From the NCBI GenBank assembly GCA_021613535.1, contig CP075492.1, forward strand, positions 12,834,001 through 12,898,000: 64,000 bases of DNA, read 5' to 3'. A program made the translations under genes and the position numbers. The notes beneath the pieces were generated by a model. The model worked only from the letters and a program-made list of their open reading frames with translations, made no database searches and was not told where the DNA came from. The stretch comes from Adineta vaga. Its lineage: Eukaryota > Animalia > Rotifera. Shown here one piece after another: positions 1 to 16,295 of this stretch (position 1 is the stretch's first letter; each line of letters begins with the position of its first letter).

Positions 1-711
1 AATCAAATAAAACCTTTTTAAAACTATGACACATGTTAAAATGACGACATCTATAGATGTCAACATTCTGCATTTACTAAACTATGAATAATACAACATT
101 TTAAGCTGACGACAATTCATTTTTATGTGATATTTTTTAAACCAAACAAGCAGTAGATCGATCATCATCGTTTGTGGTCTCTTGAAGATTCTTATACTTC
201 GTTAAGATAGTTTGTATGAGTCGAACTTTCTTAATATATCTGTCAGTCAATACATTCTTTATTCTGCCAATTCATCTATAGCTAGAAGATGTTACACTTT
301 CGATAATAAATCATCCTGTTGAAACATCTCGCTGACATATTCAATTTTTTTCTCATGTACGTTGTCAGAGTTCATCGAATTCAAATGATAGTCATCTCAA
401 TGATGCTTTTTCTTCACATTTCTCCTTGTCATGTTGATGCGTTATAGTGATAGTCTAAGCATTGGTAAACAATGATTGATTTCAGTTAGATGAAATACTC
501 GATGGAATTTTGTCAGGAGCAGAAAAAAGATTTGTCTTTAATCGAAATGATTTTTGCTATTAGTCTCCTTTTTTTTCATCTTTCACTCACGTTTTATACA
601 CATCGAGCTTTACAAAAACAAACGAAACAACTCATGTGTATATGAAAACTAGGAAAAATATGACAGACATACAAACACACAAGAAAATATATAAAAAAAG
701 AAGAGAAAGAA

Positions 712-780
712 AGAGAGTGAGAGAGAGAGAGACGAATAGAAGATAAGTAGTAATAGTAATAGTAGTAGGAATAGTAGTAT
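712..780. repeat. (AG)n and (TAG/TAA)n simple repeats downstream of FoxO
   Basis: Read directly from the sequence; probably 3' UTR or intergenic. Confidence 0.7.
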
Positions 781-1147
781 TAGAGTGTGTATGTATAGAC
801 TGAGAAGATCGATTGTCCCATATTTGTTAGTAACGATTTTTCTAGTGATCATCATACACTCTATTTGTTCTTTTGCTTGACATTTAAAGAAAATTTCACC
901 GGTTCAAATTTTAGTTGAAAGAAGGATGAAGCAAATTTTAAATAGACAGAAAAAAATCCAAAAAGAAAATGCATTCTTTTTTCTTTTCGATACCGTGTGT
1001 GAAATAGAACGACTATTACGTTTAAGAATGCTTTGCACAATATCTACAGAAAATCAATCGACGATAATATTTGATAAATTAAGGAAATATGAAAACGAAG
1101 AAGAAGAAGAAGAAGAAGAAGAGAAAAGGCAAACAAAAACCGGTTCA

Positions 1148-2945
1148 TTACACCTGTTGATTGTGCATATCTAAATGAAAAAGATTTATTTTCTGTAAAG
1201 TAAATTTGAAATAAATAAATTAATCTTACCAACAATAGGTCTTTTAAGCACCGTACGTAGTAGTGATGACGATGTTGGATCATTATGTGCAGAAAGTTGA
1301 TGGTGATCATCGATCATTCCATGATGATGATGAACAAGATTTGAAAGATCATTATCGTCATCATCGTCGTCATTGTCTCTATCGAAATCATTTAATTGAA
1401 GTAATGTTTCAATATCTGAATGATGTTGATGATGATGACTATAAAGTGTTAGAGTCCCAGTCGAAGTCGGGTGTAGATAACCACCGGTTAATGATGAAGA
1501 AGTTTTATGTGGATAGGAATAACTTGATGAGGATGAAGCAGAAGAAGATGATGAAGCTAAATTATTATTTGTCGTTAGAATAGGTGGTGAAAGTGATGAA
1601 GAAGATGAATGTGATGATGTTGAATGAACACGTAAGAACGAATGTTGTTCATCAGGTGAATCAAGCGTTTGTGCTTGTTGTTGTAATGGATATGTTAATC
1701 CATTATGAGTATGATAGGAATCAATTGGAAGAAGATGATGATCGTTCAGCACCGGTTGTTGATGATAATATTCATGAGTTGAATTTGGATCATAAGTTGA
1801 TTCATGATGATGTTGGTAGAGTGTATGTGGCTGATGATGAGAATGGTGATGGTGAAAATGATGTGGTTGATAAGAATAAGCACTGGTATGATTAGGATTT
1901 GAAGATGTATTAGATACATAATTAGTTGATATATCATCAAATGGGTATGTCGATTGAATTCCACCAGTCGGATTACTGTTCGTAATAGGTGTATGAACGG
2001 ATGTTGCATAGAGTTCTTGATCATAAAGATGATTGACTGGTGTATCCGAATCTAGCTGTGTGGACCATGGATGAGGATCATAAATAGGTACGGATGATAT
2101 ATCAGAAAGTGGAATTTGTTGAGGAGTTGATTCTAATTGTCGTTCAGTTATCGGTAATATTCGAGACGATTTTAGATTTGTACGAGTTGTACGAAGTCGT
2201 TTAGGAGCTGGTGGAGTTGCTTTTGGAGTTCGACCTAAACGCCGACGTGGTTGTTTACATTCATTGGATGATGATAATGTATCATTAGATAAATTCAATG
2301 ACGGATTTTTTTCATCGGGATTAATTATCCACCATGATGATTTGCCTGTACCTTCACTTTGTATACGTTTAAATCGGTTATGTAACGATAAATTATGACG
2401 AATTGAATTCTGAAGAGAAAAGAAAAATAAGTTTGTAATGAGAATCCTTTCAATTGAATAATTACCTTCCAACCAGCACTACTAACTCTATCGACTTTAT
2501 TACGAAAGAAAGGAACATATTTAATCATCCAATCATAAATTTCTGATAGAGTTAAACGTTGTTCACTACTCGTTGTAATTGCTTTACTAATTAATTCGGC
2601 ATAACTTAAATTACCCCAAGCATTTTTTCTTGTACCACTACCATTTTTTTTCGATAAACCAAGTTCATATTCAACATGTTGAGCTAATTGTGGATCAATA
2701 TTAGTTAGTGAATTTGTGCCTATTTCAGTTGGCACATTACCAACTGTTAATGTGTTCGTATTTGTTGTTAAGACGGTTGATAATGACGTTTTTGGTGATA
2801 GTGATGATGAACAAACTGATGGTGATCGTGATGAATCACTATGATGATAGTGATGATAATGATGAAGGTCAGATTGATGTTTCACCATTGAATTATCGCT
2901 TACTAAATCACAAGATGATCGAATACCAATATGACTGTTGTTCAT
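1148..2945 (-). CDS. FoxO: Forkhead box O transcription factor (3 coding exons: ~2945-2467, ~2410-1230, 1170-1148)
   Basis: Spliced ORFs give [18 protein letters not shown]...[18 protein letters not shown]...SSAGWK|[27 protein letters not shown], a FoxO-type forkhead domain with the intron at WK|NS. A final GT-AG intron (1229-1171) adds DMHNQQV*. An upstream exon cannot be excluded. Confidence 0.93.
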
Positions 2946-5594
2946 GATCGTTCAATATTAATAGTTGCATTGGAAAATAATTTGTTAGACTAGAAGAAAG
3001 ATGACGTCGATAATAGTGGTGATGATGACGATGATGAATGAAGAACGGATCGTTTTCTAGAAAATACAGCTGATAATTGATTTCGATTGAAAAGCTAGTA
3101 ATAAAAATAATCTAGGAAAAACTTTTTTTTTCATCATCTTCTTCATCTTCTTTTCATTCTCGGTTTTGTGCGCAGCCGGAACCTATGAATGCCTACAGTG
3201 GCATCGAGAGCGCACAAGCGAGTCGTTCAAGGACGTGATTAGTGCATGCGTCTTGCCGTCGCTTCTCTTTCTCGTCTCCTTACACCATTTTGCTCTAGCC
3301 CGACGTTTTTTCTATTGAGAAGCAAAAAAACAAAATCATTCTGCGCGTTTTTTTTCCTCTCCATATTGGATAGACGCGTCGCATCGCATCGCGTAATTTT
3401 TTTGCCTTTTTTTTCTTCCCCTTTTTTTTTCCAGTCGCTCGAGTACTGCACGTCGTAACATACAACAACGATAGACCGACATAGGCAACCCGCTAAATAC
3501 ATATAAAGAGAGAAAGGAAAGGGATCGCACAAGCTCGTCTGCTCTTCATAATCACATATAGAATATATATATATTCTATATTATATAAAGAGTGTGGTAA
3601 TATTCAAAATATTTCGTTCGTTCTTTCTTTCGTTTATCTGTTCTGTTCTGTTCTTTTTTTTGTCTTTAAGTCTTTATATATACTAGCACATGAGGGAAGA
3701 CATCCTGATGTATACAGAATAGCACAGTTGAAGAAAAGAGAAAAAAAGAAGGAGGGGGAGGAGGAGGAGACATCTAGCGTTGTTGCCGATGCATTCGTGC
3801 AGATTGACACGAACGTTCTGAGCTGCACAAACCTTCATCATCGTTTCTCTTTCATCATTCTATATTGTCTATCGTATATGGGTCTCAGTTAGCATACAGC
3901 AGCAAATCAGAAAGACAGTCATAGTAACATGAATAGTTCTGCTGTTAGTGCTAGATCGTTAGTGGAATGAAGCAGCGATAGAAGAAATCGAGACTATTTC
4001 GCCCTCTCTCTCTCTGATTCTTTCCTATTGTTGTTCTTCTTTGTTCTTTTCCTAGTAACAGAACATTATATGACACCTTTCAACAGACATCAGCAATGTG
4101 GTAACGCGTGCGTCAGACGCAAGGAAAGTCGATGAAGTGGAGTATGTTGACACTCGCTTTTGTCTTCTTGTCCTTGAAACATTGAATTGACACATCTCAC
4201 TATAAAAAAGAAGAAAAAAAAATGATATATTACTGATTAGATCGATAGAAAATCTCGATGAAGAAATATGTCCAACTTTGAAATGCAAAAGATTAACATC
4301 AATGTAACATAATTAGAAAGAAAACCCGACGAAGAAATATCATATCGCGTTCGTCTTTTTCTTTCTCGCACTACTTTATTCCCATCATACAGGTGTGCGT
4401 GCTGTGCTTTCTTTTGCCTTACACACATAAACGAAATCAAATTACACTCGTCTTTTTTTCCTGGGAGACGTTGAGTGGGAGCAAGATGAAGAAAGTGAGA
4501 GAGAGAGAGGGGGGAAAACGAGAGAAAGAGACAAAGCGCGCGTGCGCGCCCGCTCGAACACGTTGATGTAGGTATGCATAAAAAGAAAAGCGAAGTTAAC
4601 ATAATGACGACAACGATAATCATAATCTTCTCTATTGTATAAAGACTAAGAGATTAATATGATTTGATTTAATTGGACAGTTAGTTTACTATTAATAATA
4701 CAGCATTGTATTGTAACGAACCTATACCTATATACTTGGAAAATGTCATTGAAAAGAAGAATGTTCATATCTATGTAATAATCGAAAGCCTAGAAAATAT
4801 GAAGAAAAAAATAAAGAACAAGCCTTGTCATTATTGATTAATTCAGATAACTGATTGTCTATAATAATCCTTGATAATTACGTACGATTGAAATATAGAA
4901 AAGGCAAATATCAATACGATCAAAGTTATTGTATTCGAACTGTTCGCAATAGTAGATGATTGTACTTATAAGCATACCAAACAAAATACATGCTTACAAG
5001 ACCAATGATGGTCTTAAAATTTATATTTACAAGAAACGACATTTGAAAAAAAAACCTTTTTACGTGCACTTTATTTTGAATATACCTACCGTTTGATAAC
5101 GCTTAGATTTCGATCTATGAAAACCAACTAAAATATAATTAACTACAAAAGATGAAATGTATGAGAGAAGAAAATAACTGATATGTGTAGAACAAGAGAA
5201 CAAATGGTATGTTATCTATTTCTTTAAGTCATTGAAACCGAAATTTTCTCAAAAACAATGTGCGAAAAAGTACAATGATTTTCTATTAATATAATAATAT
5301 GTTAGTAAAATTTAACCGAACATATTCATTATGTGCATATTTCTATTGATTAAACTTGTAATTGATACTAATTCATGATATAATAAAATCATAATAGGAA
5401 TAAGTTTAAATAATTACACAACAAATTGCACGTACAAATTATTTGCTTTAATGAAAATAACCTTTTAATCATCATTCTTTTTTTTTAATTCTGAGACTAA
5501 TTTGATACTCTATTTTTCTATATGTTTATCTATTTTGCATAGGAAAAAGACAACAAGCAAAAAAAATAACAGAAAAAAAACTCAAAACTAGAAA

Positions 5595-6165
5595 TTAAGT
5601 CGGAGTTGTTGCATCACTGGGATCTTCTTTTTGTTTATAGCGATTTGATTGTTTTTCGGAAGGCGAACGTCTCGATTCTTGTTCAAAACGTTCTTTAGCT
5701 CGATAAATTTTCGATTGAAGATAAAATGAACCACCTTTCGATTTATCATTGAGACTAAATAGATATTCATATTGTTTTTGAACTTTTTCAGCATCAGTCA
5801 GTTCAGCATCAGCTATATTTAGAATTTGTTTTGCTTCCTAGAAATACATTTATTTGAAATTCAAAACAGATAATCAGCAACTTACTTGAAGACTCATTCC
5901 AGTGATACGATCAGCTTGAACAGTTTTATTTGTTGTTTTACCACTTTGGGTGGTAGTTTTTGCATCTAAATATCAAATCAATAGCAAAACAAAATTTGAA
6001 AAACCAGAGCGTCTCTTACGCTGAAGTTCTTGACGAAGAGCACGAGTAAATGCTCGACCGATTACTTGTGAACCTAGGATCGCAATTTGGATTAAATGCT
6101 TTGCCTATGTAGAAAAAGAAAAGGACATGATTTGAAATTAAATTTGATGAAATTCGTCATACCAT
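5595..6165 (-). CDS. PAM16: Mitochondrial import motor subunit PAM16/TIM16 (Magmas), 4 exons
   Basis: Manual splicing: M|[28 protein letters not shown]...GMSLQ|EAKQILNI...[29 protein letters not shown]. The [10 protein letters not shown] motif is diagnostic of Pam16. Not captured by the ORF track. Confidence 0.93.
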
Positions 6166-6769
6166 TTAAATAAGATTTTTAAATGAAAACGTGATAATTA
6201 TTAATACTTAATCAAAACTAATGAACAAGACATTAAGAGATCAAATACTCATGATAATCTAGAACATTAAACAATGTCAAAAATGCACTCAAATCATTGC
6301 ATGAGACAAAGATGGAGTGGAGTTTTCTTTTCTTTAAATATCAATCGAATCCTGGTTTTATTATGTAGTCGAAATAATTTTACTTTACATAGAAGAGCAA
6401 AATAGATGTCGCACATAATCATATCATCATTGATATTCAAAAGCAAAACATTGCATTATAAATTGAATAATAAAGTTCGTTATTGTTGTTGTTGCTGTTC
6501 ATCTTGTGTAAAAGAATGTATATTTTTTGATTTTGTTATTTATTTATTAATCTTCTTCTCGTTGATAAGGTAACAAACAATTCACTGTTTAACGTGTATG
6601 TGTTACCTGATCGTGTATGTTTTTTATCTTTTGTTTAACAATAAAAATAACAACAACAAAAAGAAAAATCAAATTTATTTTGCCGTCTGTATGTCTTTCA
6701 AATAAGCGTCTGATTAGAAAGTTAATATGACGGTTTGAAGAAGTGGAATGAGATGATTTTTGTCGATGA

Positions 6770-9365
<2,596 letters not shown>

Positions 9366-9945
9366 TTTTACTCTCGAAATTAAAGAGATATCTAGAACGA
9401 AAAGAATTTTATATATATATATTTAGAATTTCGTAAGAATGAAAAATTGAGCAATTAATAAATTACATTCTTTACGTTAGAGTTTTATGAAATTTTTCTC
9501 GAGCTGAAATCTAGTCGATCGATCGAATATCGAAGAGAACATATTTTTAATTCTAAAGAAATATTAATCGAGTGAGGACATACATTCTTGTAGGCCTTTG
9601 TACCAAAGACAAATCAACAACAGAAAGAAATATTATTGGTATTTGAGAGAAAAAACGATGTATGAAAACATAATAAAATTCGATTGACATTGTATGTTGG
9701 TGACCTCTATCATGGAGAATTACATAGTACCATACAAGTTTTCTCTTTCTGATTCGAATTAGTGTTTAAATAAAGTTATTAGTGATCTATCAAATCTTAG
9801 AATTTTCTATTTTCTTGTAAAATGATTATGAAACACTTAGGTAAGGTGAAAAGGAATAGAACTTCGAGTTGATCTATGAAATTACATCATTTAATTGACT
9901 AAACTATTTTGTTACAAAAAATAGAAGGTTTGAAAATAGATTTAT

Positions 9946-10941
9946 TCATTGACGCAAACGTCCGATTGCTTTCCAATAAGTATGATGTTCGGAACTGGAT
10001 AGAGTATTGTAGTAAAAATCTTCGATTTGTGCGCGATGTTCATCACATATATCTTCGTTAGTCAATGGTAATTTATATAATGGTTCATAAAGAGTTTTAG
10101 CAATTACATTCGTTACTTCGCGTCCAGCAAGATTTGGTTTTAAAAATGTAAGAAAACTTTGTTGAAAATTATGCTGAGGATGATCATCTGATGGTATTCC
10201 TGCATATTCAAGAATTTTTCCATTAATACAAATCCATAATGGAAGAGAAGGATCACTTCCATTATGTTTTTGTAGATCTTCTTCAGAATAATAAACATCA
10301 GATGGAAAATCATTGAATGATTCAAATTCATGAGGTTGCTTTCTTGGAACGACTGGTTGATCATCTCGTAATCGATTGATATAGTCAGGTTGAACTTTAT
10401 AATATTCACAACCTTTTGTTATAACATCTAAATAACGTTCACGAGGTAGACCCATTGATTGATTTTTAACTTTAATTTGATAAGCATAAACAGTATGAGA
10501 TTGATTTTGATAATCAATACATTTAGTAATAATTCGATGATAAAAACATTCGATTTCATCTAAACGTATAATTTGATAATCAGGAATTAGATGAACAACC
10601 CCATGAAAACTTGCACCGGGACATGCTTCAATATCAGCAATTCCATTGAAACACCGAAAGACTAGTTTATGATCTGGACACATCGCTGGATAGGATATCA
10701 TCGATGTTATTTGACGAAGATATAACGATATAGGATTAATCATACTACCGATAGCAAAATACCAACAATAGCGTTTTCCATTCGGTAGAACAATTTCTGG
10801 TTCTTCTGGATTATTATTAGCAAGAACAGAGTCTACGAAAGATTTTTCTGGAACAGTTAATTTCGATTGTATAAGTTCACACGATAATTTAAAGTTAACA
10901 TCACTTGATGATGCATTTAATCGATGAAGTAAATGTGCCAT
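9946..10941 (-). CDS. Intronless gamma-glutamylcyclotransferase (GGCT/AIG2-like) domain fused to a MAPR-type cytochrome b5-like heme/steroid-binding domain, copy 1
   Basis: GGCT motifs YFAIGSM, HGVVHLI, LDEIE (catalytic Glu position) and PRERYLDVITKGC. Followed by YSEEDLQKHNGSDPSLPLWICINGKILE...LAGREVT...IGRL, resembling the PGRMC/neudesin/Dap1 domain. Alternative start at 10959. Confidence 0.78.
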   Translation of the reverse strand: MAHLLHRLNASSSDVNFKLSCELIQSKLTVPEKSFVDSVLANNNPEEPEIVLPNGKRYCWYFAIGSMINPISLYLRQITSMISYPAMCPDHKLVFRCFNGIADIEACPGASFHGVVHLIPDYQIIRLDEIECFYHRIITKCIDYQNQSHTVYAYQIKVKNQSMGLPRERYLDVITKGCEYYKVQPDYINRLRDDQPVVPRKQPHEFESFNDFPSDVYYSEEDLQKHNGSDPSLPLWICINGKILEYAGIPSDDHPQHNFQQSFLTFLKPNLAGREVTNVIAKTLYEPLYKLPLTNEDICDEHRAQIEDFYYNTLSSSEHHTYWKAIGRLRQ

Positions 10942-11312
10942 TGTGAAATACAAGATCATGTTTCTGTTGTATAATAAGTTAGAGATATTCGTACACTGAT
11001 TGGTATAACCAATTCAGCAATCAATGTCAAGCAGAAAGATGAGAACGTTGTGTCACTAATCTGCAGTATCTACTGTGCATTATTTTATAGCGCTCTGACT
11101 ATACATTGACATATAAATATAAATTAGGTCGATTTTCATGCAGATATGATTTCGTCAAGAACAAATCTTGGTTTATCTAGATCAGATCAGTGAGTTCCTA
11201 GACTCGTAGTGTTGATTTACTTTTATTAGGATTCAATAGATTCAATAGTGGATAAAAGCTCTAAAAAAGAATCAATCGGAATAAAATAGTATTAAGTTTA
11301 GTTTCCAGTATT

Positions 11313-12328
11313 TCACAAGACATTTCGAATATTTTTGTGGGAAAGACGACCGATGGGTATCCAGGATGATTCATTCTGTCCACTAGCAATTCTATTATGA
11401 TAAAAATCTTCGATTTGTGCACGATGTTCATCACATATGTCTTCGTTAGTCAATGGTAATTTATATAATGGTTCATAAAGATTTCTAGCAATTGAATTCG
11501 TTACTTCACGTCCAGCAAGATTTTCTTTGATGAATTTATAAAAGTGTTGTTGAATTTCATAGTCAGGATGATCGGTTGGTGGTAATCCTGCATATTCAAG
11601 AATTTTTCCATTAATACAAATCCATAGTGGAAGGGAAGGACACTTCCATTATGTTTTTGTAGATCTTCTTCAGAATAATAAACATCAGATGGAAAATCAT
11701 TGAATGATTCAAATTCGTGAGGTTGTTTTCTTGGAACGACTGGTTGATCATCTCGTAATCGATTGATATAGTCAGGTTGAACTTTATAATATTCACAACC
11801 TTTTGTTATAATATCTAAATAACGTTCATGTGGATAAGAACAAGGATAATTATTTAATTTCATTTGGTAAGCATAGGCGCTATGGATACGATCTTGATAA
11901 TCGATGCAATTAACTTTAATTCTATTGTAGCCAAATTCAACTTGATCTAAAATTGTCATATGATCACTAGATAGAAGATGAACAACTCCATGGAAGCTCA
12001 TTCCGGAACATGCTTCAATATCCGCCATACCTCCAGATCCTCGAAAAACTAATTTATAATCTGGACATTTTGCTGGATAGGACATAAGTGGTTTTATTTC
12101 ACGAAGATATAGAGAAACAGGATTAATCATACTACCAATAGCAAGATACCAGTAAAACTTTTGACCGTCGGATGAAATAATTTCTGGTTCTTCTGGCTTA
12201 TCATTAACAAGAATGGCGTCTACAATGGATTTTTCATCAGACGTTAGTTCCGATTGAATAGCTTCGCAAGATAATTTGAAATTTGCATCACTTAATGATG
12301 AATTTAAACGATGAGATGAACTTTCCAT
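11313..12328 (-). pseudogene. GGCT-MAPR/cyt-b5 fusion, copy 2, with a 1-bp deletion at 11640/11641 (pseudogene or sequencing error)
   Basis: Paralog of 9946-10941. Copy 1 has AGT GAT CCT where copy 2 has AGT G-T CCT. Restoring one base reopens the frame through WICINGKILEY...LAGREVT...WIPIGRL to TGA at 11313. Confidence 0.75.
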
Positions 12329-12753
12329 TATAAATTTTTTTAGGGTGTGTAAATTATGCTATTTACTATACATTAATCATTTTACGAGAATAATGTTTGA
12401 CCAATCAATTTTCATTCTTTTGTTTTTTCGTGTCACAGGTAGCTGATAGCGACTCAAAGTTTCTAATCTGCTTAGTCGTAAATCGTAAACAAAGAACACT
12501 TACTATGAAAAATTGCACTGTCATAAACATTTATAGAAATATGAATCTTGTATCCGTTAAATCTATATTCTGTAGAAAAATTTATTTCAGTAAACTTCGT
12601 TAGTCTTTAAAATTCAAAATATTCCAAAGTTTTATTGATGGAAAAACGAATTGTAATAGTAAATTCGTGATACATGAAATAAAATTTATAAAAAATATAT
12701 GTATATATGGCATTATATGCAATAGAAAATTGTGTACACTGCTTTTTTAGGTT

Positions 12754-13450
12754 TTAAACTTGTGAATACGTATACGTTTTAATAAATTTTGCCAACTCAA
12801 AAGACAGTTTCAGAGTTAAAATCTAGAATAGAAAACATATACAAATCGAATACATCATTAGATTAGAGTTCTTACCGCAATAGTTGCCATTACTGCAAAA
12901 ATTATAATAATAAAAGTAATCAATTCATATGATTGATTAGTAGCACCAAAGCCAACACCTAATGCCGTAATAGCTAAAATTAGATAACTGAAAATTAGAG
13001 ATACTACAACGAATAGAACCATTCCGATTGAAGCAAACTAAAATGTTTTAAAAGTTAAGTAAAAACATTACAACTATAAAATAACATACAATAATTAATC
13101 CAACTCGATATTGTGTATATGCAACTGAAAGACCAAATGCATAGTAGAAAGTCATAACAATAATTGGAATCAATGATTGAATCTCATGTTTATAGTCTGT
13201 TGCATTATCATAGAATACAGAATGTATTCCAGCACCAAGAATTACATTGCAGAGAAACTATACAGAAGTAAAGTTTTATTTATCGAATATAATAGTCTTT
13301 CAATCCATTGAAAGTTACCCATTGTATAAAAAGCATGGTAAGAAGGTGTTTTTGCGTTGTGAATATCTTTTGGTTTTCGTCAGACGTGAATGATTGTTCA
13401 TGTTTCTCAGTTTGATCTAATGTCAATGTTTTATCTGTTTCTGATGCCAT
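12754..13450 (-). CDS. Uncharacterised small multi-pass (about 4 TM) membrane protein, 4 exons
   Basis: Manual splicing across GT-AG introns gives MASETDK...LLTMLFIQW|FLCNVILGAG...LIPIIVMTFYYAFGLSVA...|FASIGMVLFVVVSLIFSYLILAITALGVGFG...ITFIIIFAVMATIA|ILTLKLSF...QV*, an open frame with several hydrophobic spans. Confidence 0.7.
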
Positions 13451-14340
13451 CTTGAGAAAAGAAAATCTTCATATCAAATGAAAGAGACGATACATTTTTT
13501 TCAACATATATATTCTGATGTATTTCTCATTGTCAATCGTCGTCACAGCTGTCAGCAGCACTATTCACTTTTGATGGAATACCTTGAAAAGGTTATTTAC
13601 TGTCGCCTATCGATCCGTTCATATGAGAGAGAGAGAGAATATGTCAATGACCGTATGATGATTACATGCATCAAAACTGAGCAATCATTTCTTTTAAATA
13701 GATGCAATATGTGGTCTTTTTTTTCTACGGTAGTATTCATATAAAAAATGTTGAGATATAATTCTACTTGGAAGATTACTGTCAAGTGCAAAACGATAAA
13801 TTCTCCATCTACAATCATTCATTGAATACGTATTGTGTAATTCAATTACATCATTTTCATAGGGTACGGGACAAAAATAGTTATCAATTTATGATAAAAT
13901 ACTCAACATTCAAGCATTAAAGAATGATCTAATATACTGACATTTACTCATAAAATTTGCAATATCTATGCTTTTTTTACGTTTAAAACATCTACCGAAC
14001 AACCTGACAAACATTCACAGCGACGTATATATAAACGACATCATTATACTCATGAAATGTTTTCATTGACATTTTGTTTCTTTCTTAAACACTAACTTAC
14101 ATAGAAACTAATCTCTAATTAAAAACTATTTCAGTTATTTCATGTAAGACATTCATCGCCTGACAAATTGCTTTTCATGATAAAATATGTATGTATATTA
14201 TATCGACGTTATACACATGGAATGCATTTGGTATTAATCAAGAGAATAAATGAACAGAGACTATACATGAGAAGAAAAACAAAGAGAAAAAAAAGAAAAC
14301 AATTTGACGAACATAGAAACAACATTGAAATAAAGATCTT

Positions 14341-16295
<1,955 letters not shown>

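Noticed and set aside
1263-2947. Plus-strand and alternate-frame ORFs overlapping FoxO
   Set aside because: Shadows of the CAT/TCA-rich low-complexity FoxO coding sequence; no domain signal.
3239-4623. Several short ORFs upstream of FoxO
   Set aside because: Made of poly-T/poly-A and AG tracts typical of promoter/UTR DNA; biased F/K/R composition.
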